41,196 nucleotides of DNA from an uncultured bacterium (GTDB lineage: Bacteria; Lernaellota; Lernaellaia; Lernaellales; Lernaellaceae): assembly GCA_964534375.1 (NCBI GenBank), contig CAZHPN010000033.1, positions 1 to 41,196 of the forward strand, written 5' to 3'. Made by a program: the position numbers and the translations under genes. The notes beneath the pieces were generated by a model. That model did no database searches, had not been told where the DNA came from, and worked only from the letters and a program-made list of their open reading frames with translations. Shown piece after piece: positions 34,224-41,196 of this stretch (position 1 is the stretch's first letter; the number at the start of each line of letters is the position of its first letter).

Positions 34224-35771
34224 TCACTTGCACGGCGCCACCAGACAGGCCCCCGGCGTCAAATTCTGGCCCGCCAAGCCAGGATAGTCGGGCGCGTAAC
34301 GGTAGGCGCGGAACGACATGTTGCCGTCGCCGCCGACGCCGGGCGGGATCACCTGGCCCTGCTTCATGATGCCGATTTCGGTGGCCGGGTTCACGTATTG
34401 CCAGACGAGGGCCCCGGCGGACGTCACTTCCATGAACACGCCCGTCTCGCCGACGCAGATCAAGGTGTTGCCGTTGGCGAGGCGCTGGACGCCGGACATA
34501 TTGACCGAATACATCTCGGTGGGCACGGGGTCGACGTACGTCCAGACCAGGCCGGCCGGGCCGTACATGGGATCAGGCGCCGGATAGCTGCCGTCGGCGT
34601 TCACCGCCGGCGCAAATTCGTCGATGGTCGAGTAATTGCCGGCCGGGCGGCCGACCCCGTTATTGTACGCGAGCACGTCGCCGGCGCCCGGCAGGCCGTC
34701 GGCGATCCACTGGCCGTTGTGCTGGAAATAAAAATCGCGGCCCGTGGTCTGCCGATAGGCGTCGGGATTGCCCCAACGGTAGAGCAGATCGCCGCCGCGT
34801 CCGCGCGCGCCGCCGCTGTGGCCCGCGGCTTCGGCCGTCGTCGTGCCGTGGTCGAGCATCCACACTTCGCTGAATTCGCGAACGCTCGCGAGAATCTGAT
34901 CGTACGCGGCGTTGTAATCGATGCTGTTGGTGTGCATCCAGTCGTCTTCTTTCGCCACGCCGTAATAGTTGACGTCGATCAATTCCGGGTGCGCCCCGAC
35001 CACGCCGTAATTCGCCTTTGTCGCGTCGAAATCCTGGATCAGGTGGTCCCACGCGTGCCATTCCCAGACCACGTTCGCGCCGTTCGTCCCCACCGGCGTG
35101 ATTTCCATGTAGAAATCGGACCACAAGCCGTCCGGCGCCAGATTGCTCGGGTCGCGGCCCGCCGCCACCGCCTCCGTGGGCGATTTCTTTTCCCAGCCGA
35201 TCGCCAACAGGTTGCCGTTGGGCAAACGATGGACGTCGTGGTGCAGGCACACGTCGGCGGTCGAGAGCGTGTAGCTCCATGTCACCGTGCCGTCCCAATT
35301 CTGGTACATGATGACGCCGCCCTGCCCGCCGCTGGCGAAATTCAGGTTGAGCGTATTGCCCGTGCGCAGCAGTTGGCCGTTTTCGAGCAAATAGACGACC
35401 TGTCCCGGCAGGTATTTTCCCGGCCAGGTGTTGATCAGGTAGCCATACATGTCGATCAGGTACACCGTGCTGGTCATCGTCGGCGCAAACAGCGTGTAAC
35501 CGTCGTAGGCGCCCGGCTGGCACGAAATCAGGCCGACGGTCGAACTCGGATGCGTGATGTCGCAGGTGAACGTGTCGTTGTCGTCGTCATCGTCCGGCGA
35601 TTGATCGTCGTCGGGCGAGGCGTCGTCGTTGTCGTCGTCGTCATCGGGCGACGCGTCGTCGTCGATCGCTTGTCCGCTGCTGCGGGAACTGCCGCCGCAA
35701 GAGAGCGCCGCGACCGCGACCATGCCCAGGAGCAGCGCCAGAGCGGCTGCCGAAAAAATGCTGGTTTTCAT
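34224..35771 (-). CDS. Aryl-sulfate sulfotransferase (ASST-like) lipoprotein
   Basis: ALS-C lipobox; GYTLFAP, LHHD..RLPNGN.L, WEWHAWDH, DWMHTNSIDYN, LYRWGNP, QHN, QRLANGNTLI. Confidence 0.88.
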   Translation of the reverse strand: MKTSIFSAAALALLLGMVAVAALSCGGSSRSSGQAIDDDASPDDDDDNDDASPDDDQSPDDDDDNDTFTCDITHPSSTVGLISCQPGAYDGYTLFAPTMTSTVYLIDMYGYLINTWPGKYLPGQVVYLLENGQLLRTGNTLNLNFASGGQGGVIMYQNWDGTVTWSYTLSTADVCLHHDVHRLPNGNLLAIGWEKKSPTEAVAAGRDPSNLAPDGLWSDFYMEITPVGTNGANVVWEWHAWDHLIQDFDATKANYGVVGAHPELIDVNYYGVAKEDDWMHTNSIDYNAAYDQILASVREFSEVWMLDHGTTTAEAAGHSGGARGRGGDLLYRWGNPDAYRQTTGRDFYFQHNGQWIADGLPGAGDVLAYNNGVGRPAGNYSTIDEFAPAVNADGSYPAPDPMYGPAGLVWTYVDPVPTEMYSVNMSGVQRLANGNTLICVGETGVFMEVTSAGALVWQYVNPATEIGIMKQGQVIPPGVGGDGNMSFRAYRYAPDYPGLAGQNLTPGACLVAPCK

Positions 35772-35795
35772 CGATCCTTCTTGGCGACCGGCCGG

Positions 35796-36599
35796 TCAGC
35801 GCACGCAGCGCACCGAGATGAAGTAATCGCCGTCGCCGTACCCCGTGACGCCGCCGTTGCCGAAACTGACGATCCAGGCGCCCTCGCCGTAATTCGCCAC
35901 GACCGACGACGACCAGTAAAAGTTGTCCACGCCCAGAACTTGCGGCGGCCAGTAGACGCCGCCCGGCCCAGGGCCGTTGTAGTCCGAGCAACTCTCGCAC
36001 AGATTACTCCAACAACTTTCCGCGAGGCAACTGTCGGTGACGCCGCAGGACCCGCCCGGGCTCGTGTCGTCGTCCGCCGGCGCGGTGTCGTCGTCGTATT
36101 CGGTGGCCGGGCAGCCGCGGATAAGGCTGCGCAAGGTGTCGATGTCGGGCAGCCGCCAGCCGGTGTAGCCGGCCCAGGTCAGCGCCGGGCAATAGGTCTG
36201 CGCGTCGGCCAGATAAAATCCCTGCAAGCCGACCGTCGCGCCATTCTGCCACATCGAACCGGACGTAGGATCGGTCCAGACGCTTTCCGCGGCGTCGCTG
36301 TCGTCGTCGGCCATCGTGTCATTGTCGTCGTCATTATCGTCGTCCGGCGATTGGTCGTCGTCGTCGGTCGTGTCGTCGTCGTCGGGCGATTGGTCGTCGT
36401 CGTCGGGCGATTCGTCGTCGCCGTTGTCATTGTCGTCGTCGTTGTCGTCGTCGTTGTCGTCATCGTCGTCGGCCGGCGATTGGTCGTCGTCGCCGCTGTC
36501 GTCGCTGGCGGCGGAGTTGGCCTTGCCGCCGCAGGCGAACGCGCCGGCGAGCAAAACCATCGCCAACAGAAGCATCGGAAGCAGATCGCAGCGTTTCAT
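35796..36599 (-). CDS. DUF1566 (Lcl C-terminal, CLec-like) lipoprotein
   Basis: AFA-C lipobox; WTDPTSGSMWQ, A..YC..L, GWRLP.I..LRSL, YWSSS, AW.VSF..G, VRCVR. Confidence 0.85.
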   Translation of the reverse strand: MKRCDLLPMLLLAMVLLAGAFACGGKANSAASDDSGDDDQSPADDDDDNDDDNDDDNDNGDDESPDDDDQSPDDDDTTDDDDQSPDDDNDDDNDTMADDDSDAAESVWTDPTSGSMWQNGATVGLQGFYLADAQTYCPALTWAGYTGWRLPDIDTLRSLIRGCPATEYDDDTAPADDDTSPGGSCGVTDSCLAESCWSNLCESCSDYNGPGPGGVYWPPQVLGVDNFYWSSSVVANYGEGAWIVSFGNGGVTGYGDGDYFISVRCVR

Positions 36600-36823
36600 C
36601 GCCAAACCTCGGACCGGCAACTCGACCGACCCGTTGTCGAGCAGCCCGAAAGCATAATCCTCAACTCAACAGATATTCCGCGCGCGCCTTGCCGTCAAGG
36701 TCGGCTCCCAGCCGCGACCCGACTTCTCGATTCCTTCAACGCTGCGTCCGCGCAGGCCGGCTTCCAGTTCCTCGCCTTTCGTTGCCTTCGTCCAGCTTCT
36801 GACTTCTGCCTCGCGGCTCCCCC

Positions 36824-39355
36824 CTACCATTGCGTGGGATCGAGAATCCGCTCACAGTCAAACAGCGGCGCGCTCGTTTCGTTGCGCAGCGGCGAATAGC
36901 AGTATTCGAGCGGGTACGTCATTTCGTGGAACCCGACGACGATCGGCGTGGAACCGCCGCCGCTCCCCGGAAACGACGGCAGCGAGCCGTCGGGCACGGT
37001 CTGCGCCCACGGGTCCCAGTATGCCCAGCCCGAATAATACGCGGCGCCGGCCAGGTACTGTTCCATCACCAAACGCGCCTCCTGCGAGGTCAGCGGCAAC
37101 CCGCCCGTCCCGGCGGCGAGCAAAAAGGCGGCCAAATCCACGTCCCAGCCCGGGTAATTGGCCGGCGGCGTGCGCGCCTCGTCGAAATTCACGCGCTGCG
37201 CCAGCCCTTGCAGCAGTGTGTACGCGAGATCGTTCCGGCCGATCATCAACGCGTTGGACTCGGCCGCCAGGTGAAAATACCGGGCAATGTTGTAGTCCCA
37301 GTAATTGCTCGACATGCCGACCTGTTCCCACAGCCAGCCGATGCCGTAGCCGCAGGCGGCGCCCAGCGGCGCGTCGTAGCCGACCAACCCGAGCGTCAGG
37401 CGCGCGTCGCATTCCGAATTCGGAAAGATGATCGTGTACAGCGTGAAACTCGACAGACTCAGCATCATATCGTTCGAATCGACGGGAACGTACGGGTTGC
37501 CCTCGGCGTCCTTCGTGCGGATGTTGTACGCCGCTTCGACCACGTCGCGCGCGAAGCCCTGCACATGCTGCAGCGCATCCGCCGCCGCCGCGCGCACGTC
37601 CGCGTCCGGCGCTTCGGCGGCCAGGCGCATGATCATCGGCACGGCGCGCATGATGTGCACCACGTCGTCCTGGCTGCGCGTCGTGCGGACGTAAATATCA
37701 TTCCAATAAGGATTGTGGGCATTTTCGACGGTTTGGACCTCGCCGCCCAAATCGAGCGCCCGCGCCGGCCCATAGTCCACGTACGCTTGCCGGCCCTCTT
37801 CGACGTAGCTGTGATTCTGCGCCCAAAACGCCCGCGGCAAAATGTATTCTTCCGGATCGTCCTCGCCCCATTCCATTCCCTTGAACAGCGCCGCCAAGCC
37901 TTTGCAAAATTGCTCCGCCAGCCGCGCCAATGTCGCGTCGCCGCTGGCCAGGTAGCCGGCGATGATATTCTCCATCAGGCGCGACATGATGCTGGTGAGG
38001 TTGTCCTCCGGGCCCGTGTGCTGAAAGGTGACGACGTCGCCGCTCTTGCTCGGATTCACATTCAGCCAGAACAGCTTGAAATCCGGCTCGCCGTACGGAT
38101 TCGGGTCGGCCATACCGTGGCAGGTCCACAACAGCCAGTGAAAAAACGGCGCCGTCTTCCAGAACGTGGTGATCGCGCTGGTGAGCGAGTCGATTTCCGC
38201 GGGAGTCAGCGGCTGGCCGACGTCCGGCCGCGTGAAAGGAAACGGCAGTTGGTTCGGCAGGTCGCGCAGCGGCGCCGCGGCGGCGGGCCGGCCGGCGGCA
38301 GGCGGATTGGCGGACGCCGGCGTGCCGGTCGACGGCAAGGTGCGCGCCAGCCGAAAACCGGTGTAATGAATGCGGTAATCAGGCGTGTGCCCCGCCCGGT
38401 GCGCGGCGCGGCACTCGGTCGCGCCGCTGAAGCGGACGTGGCAGCCGCGCACGACGCGGAACCAGCCGCTGTCCGGCCCGGTCGGATCGACGGCCGCGCC
38501 GCCGTAGTCCGGCGCGTACCAATCCGCCGTCCATTCGTCCACGTTGCCCAGCATGTCGTACAGGCCCCAAGTGTTCGGCTTCTTTTGGCCAACTTCTTGC
38601 GTGGCCCACTTGGCGTTGCCGCAATACCAACCGATCGCGTCCAGATTCGCGTCCAGCGGGTCGCAGCCCGGATTTGCGACATTTCCGGTATAGAAATCCG
38701 TGCCGGTTCCGGCGCGCGCCGCATATTCCCATTCGGCCTCGGTGGGAAGTCGAAAACCTTCGCAATCGTAAACGCTCGCGGCGCCGTTCAGCGCGACCGC
38801 GGCCGATTCGATGCCGCCGTGGCTGCGGCACGTCGCCGGATCGTCCACTGCCTGACCGTCGGCGCAGACGACCCCGGTCAACTCGAAGCAAGCGGCGTAC
38901 CCCTGCGCTGCCGAGAATTCGTTGGCGCAAAGCAGCGCGTCATACCAACTGACCGTCTCCACCGGCAATTGGGGTTTGCGCCCGACCAGCGGATAATGGC
39001 TCGGATTGAAGCCGGCCAGCGCCGCGAAATCCTGCTGCGTCACCTCGGTCGCGCCCATTTCCAGGTCGTGCGTGAGTTGCGCCGTGTGCTGGTTTTCGTC
39101 GGCGTTGTGGTACGGCGCGTCGGCGGCGCTGCCCATCGCGAACGAGCCGCGCGGAACCAAGACGAATCCGGGCGTTAACGCCGGCGGGCTGGCGTCGTCA
39201 TCATTGTTGTCATTGTCGTTATTGTCATCGTCGTCGTCATCCGGCGCGCCGTCGTCGTCGGTTGCCTGGTTGCCGCCGCTGCTTGTGTGGGCGCCAGCGC
39301 AGGCAAGCAGCGCCAGCGTCAACAAGAGAAGCAAGAACCAATGCCTGCGTTTCAT
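36824..39355 (-). CDS. Lipoprotein: FGE-sulfatase-like domain fused to an ~480-aa unrecognised C-terminal domain
   Basis: MKRR..LLA-C lipobox, Asp linker, RLPTEAEWEYAARAG, PNTWGLYDMLGNV, GFRLART, then Pro/Ala linker and long globular region. Confidence 0.85.
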   Translation of the reverse strand: MKRRHWFLLLLLTLALLACAGAHTSSGGNQATDDDGAPDDDDDDNNDNDNNDDDASPPALTPGFVLVPRGSFAMGSAADAPYHNADENQHTAQLTHDLEMGATEVTQQDFAALAGFNPSHYPLVGRKPQLPVETVSWYDALLCANEFSAAQGYAACFELTGVVCADGQAVDDPATCRSHGGIESAAVALNGAASVYDCEGFRLPTEAEWEYAARAGTGTDFYTGNVANPGCDPLDANLDAIGWYCGNAKWATQEVGQKKPNTWGLYDMLGNVDEWTADWYAPDYGGAAVDPTGPDSGWFRVVRGCHVRFSGATECRAAHRAGHTPDYRIHYTGFRLARTLPSTGTPASANPPAAGRPAAAAPLRDLPNQLPFPFTRPDVGQPLTPAEIDSLTSAITTFWKTAPFFHWLLWTCHGMADPNPYGEPDFKLFWLNVNPSKSGDVVTFQHTGPEDNLTSIMSRLMENIIAGYLASGDATLARLAEQFCKGLAALFKGMEWGEDDPEEYILPRAFWAQNHSYVEEGRQAYVDYGPARALDLGGEVQTVENAHNPYWNDIYVRTTRSQDDVVHIMRAVPMIMRLAAEAPDADVRAAAADALQHVQGFARDVVEAAYNIRTKDAEGNPYVPVDSNDMMLSLSSFTLYTIIFPNSECDARLTLGLVGYDAPLGAACGYGIGWLWEQVGMSSNYWDYNIARYFHLAAESNALMIGRNDLAYTLLQGLAQRVNFDEARTPPANYPGWDVDLAAFLLAAGTGGLPLTSQEARLVMEQYLAGAAYYSGWAYWDPWAQTVPDGSLPSFPGSGGGSTPIVVGFHEMTYPLEYCYSPLRNETSAPLFDCERILDPTQW

Positions 39356-39371
39356 CGCGCTGGCTTCCCCC

Positions 39372-41195
39372 TCAACACCCGCAACCGCCGGCCGCCTTGC
39401 TCGCGGCGCCGTGCGGCGACGGGCTCTCATCGTCATCCGCGGCGGCCGGGCTGCTGTCGTCGTCGGGCTCCTGCTCGTTGACGTAATCGCTCGGAACGGG
39501 GCCGAGGCCGCCGAATGCGAAGTACGGCGCATAGGCCTCGCGCAACGTCGCCGCCGCCGGTTTGAAGTCGACGCGGTCCATGTGGATCAGGCCCATCGCC
39601 TCCAAATACGGCGCGATTATGTTCGGCAAGCCGTTCTTGGTGAACCAGTTGAAGGTCGCGAAGCACGTCACGGCCGACAGGTATTTGCCGGGGCGAACGT
39701 TGCCTTTGTCGTCGAGCGTCGCCTCGTCGGCGAAGGCCTTGAACGTCGCCTCGACCGTCGCGACCTGCTCCTGCGCGCCGCTGTCGTTCGCCAGCGTGTC
39801 GTAGCCGTATTCGGTCGAGACGATCGGCGTGCCCGGCGCCGCCGCGGCGTGGTCGTCGATGAACTGGATCGTGCCGTTGTACATGTCCGCCGGGGTCGTG
39901 CCGTTATAGTAGACGCCGAAGTAGGTCGTCCAACCGGCGACGTCGAGCGGCGCTTCGGTCTGGTAGTTGAATTGCCATTCGTCCGCGGCCGGCGATTGCG
40001 TGAGCAGGCGTCCGTCGTCGATCAACGTGTGCGCGTCGGCGGCGAGACGCTGGTTGTATTTGAGATTCTCCGGCCAAAACAGGAACGGGCATTCGTTGGA
40101 CATCCCCCACATAATGATCGATGGCCGGTTCGCGCCGGCGAGCATCATTTCCTGGAACATCTGATCGGAAATGCGCCGGAGATCCTGGTCGTACCAATTC
40201 CAGCCCATGAACCAATAAACGGGGATCTCTTCCATCACCGCGATGCCGAGCCGGTCGGCGAGCATGTACGTGTACGGATGATTCGGATAATGCGCCGTCC
40301 GCAGAAACAGCGCGTTCAGGCCGCGGATGATTTGCAGGTCGTTGCGAATCTTGTCCCACGTCGCGGAACGGCCGGAGTCGGGCCATTCCTCGTGCCGCGC
40401 CACGCCCGGCAAAAACGCCACGCGTCCGCTGATCAAAAGCTGGTGATCGCCCCGCGTCACGGTGCGCAGGCCGAATTGGTTGTAATGCTCGTCCGTCAGC
40501 CGGCCGGCCGCGATCGACGTGCGCATCACGTACAGATTCGGCTCTTGCGGCGTCCAGCGTTGCGGCGCAATGATCCGCGTCGAAATGACAGCCGCCGCAA
40601 AGCCGTGCGCCGGAACCGTCGCCGTCGCCGTGCTGGGCCCGTCGAAGTAGGCCGTCTTGCCGGCGATCGCCAGCGGATGCGGATCGTTCAGAAACGCCGC
40701 GGCGTCCGGGTCCGCATGGAACGGCGCGAGCGCGATCTGCACGTCCTGCGGCTGCGCCGTGTTGTTGACCGCGACGACCTGCACGTCGATGCGGCCGTTG
40801 TAGTCGCGCGGGAAGATGTTGACGCGGGCGATGTTCAGCGCCGGCGCGCTTTCCAGGTAAATGTCCTGCACGATGCCCGGATAATCCCACCAGTCCATCA
40901 GGAACCACGACGGCACGGCGTCCTGCCGTTCGCCCGGGAACGGCGCGTCGATGCGGATGGCGAACACGTTGTCCGCGCCGTACGCGAGCTTGTCGGAAAT
41001 GTCGAACGCAAACGGCGTGTAGCCGCCCTCGTGCACGCCGACGTATTCGCCGTTGATCCACAGGTCGAATATGTAATTTGCCCCGAGGCAGAACAGCCGA
41101 TTCGTGTTCCCCTCCCACGAAGCGGGCACGTTCACCGTCCGGCGATACCAAATGCCGCCGTGGAACGGCTCGGGCGGGCTGGTTTCGTCGCCGGG
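39372..41195 (-). CDS. Glycoside hydrolase family 2 (beta-glucuronidase/galactosidase-like), 5'-truncated, with C-terminal Asp-linker-GGCGC
   Basis: WYRR, HEGGYTPF, GVARHE, RTAHYP, RPSIIMWGMSNE (acid/base), STEYG (nucleophile). Confidence 0.92.
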   Translation of the reverse strand, partial: PGDETSPPEPFHGGIWYRRTVNVPASWEGNTNRLFCLGANYIFDLWINGEYVGVHEGGYTPFAFDISDKLAYGADNVFAIRIDAPFPGERQDAVPSWFLMDWWDYPGIVQDIYLESAPALNIARVNIFPRDYNGRIDVQVVAVNNTAQPQDVQIALAPFHADPDAAAFLNDPHPLAIAGKTAYFDGPSTATATVPAHGFAAAVISTRIIAPQRWTPQEPNLYVMRTSIAAGRLTDEHYNQFGLRTVTRGDHQLLISGRVAFLPGVARHEEWPDSGRSATWDKIRNDLQIIRGLNALFLRTAHYPNHPYTYMLADRLGIAVMEEIPVYWFMGWNWYDQDLRRISDQMFQEMMLAGANRPSIIMWGMSNECPFLFWPENLKYNQRLAADAHTLIDDGRLLTQSPAADEWQFNYQTEAPLDVAGWTTYFGVYYNGTTPADMYNGTIQFIDDHAAAAPGTPIVSTEYGYDTLANDSGAQEQVATVEATFKAFADEATLDDKGNVRPGKYLSAVTCFATFNWFTKNGLPNIIAPYLEAMGLIHMDRVDFKPAAATLREAYAPYFAFGGLGPVPSDYVNEQEPDDDSSPAAADDDESPSPHGAASKAAGGCGC

Positions 41196-41196
41196 C

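Noticed and set aside
1080..39178. Long alternative-frame and antisense ORFs (e.g. 1080-2738, 7439-9472, 16077-18500, 24434-26746, 34398-36899, 36830-39178)
   Set aside because: Shadow ORFs typical of high-GC DNA; Arg/Ala-rich or poly-Val/Ser mirror translations overlapping well-supported genes
24731..39355. Diversity-generating retroelement targeting the FGE/DUF1566 CLec domains
   Set aside because: No reverse transcriptase or non-coding template repeat in the window; paralog 3' ends differ by ordinary substitutions, not adenine-specific ones. A remote DGR acting in trans cannot be excluded.

Overview
High-GC bacterial window with three zones. (1) Housekeeping start: gcvPA (5'-truncated), gcvPB and tRNA-Leu(TAA). 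(2) Signalling island at about 6.2-23.7 kb. It opens with a stand-alone Y1/HUH (IS200-type/RAYT-like) transposase framed by ~140-bp inverted palindrome-rich arms. A KaiA-less kaiC-kaiB-kaiB-PAS histidine kinase operon follows, flanked by two paralogous hybrid HisKA_3 kinases (one a 1805-aa CHASE3/multi-PAS/Cys-GAF sensor), two stand-alone receivers, a small CxxC protein and a duplicated cloverleaf-folding intergenic element. (3) A minus-strand array of lipoproteins built as signal peptide-Cys-Asp/Asn microsatellite linker-cargo. Cargo includes FGE/SUMF1-like CLec domains in a 2x2 shuffled arrangement, six-Cys repeats, DUF1566/Lcl, an arylsulfate sulfotransferase and an alpha/beta hydrolase. 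A GT-C membrane protein and a GH2 ending in an Asp-rich linker plus GGCGC also lie here. Transcription-polarised 7-mer arrays mark many gene borders. The style suggests a Myxococcota/deltaproteobacteria-like lineage (inference only). All calls come from reading motifs by eye; no database searches were run.
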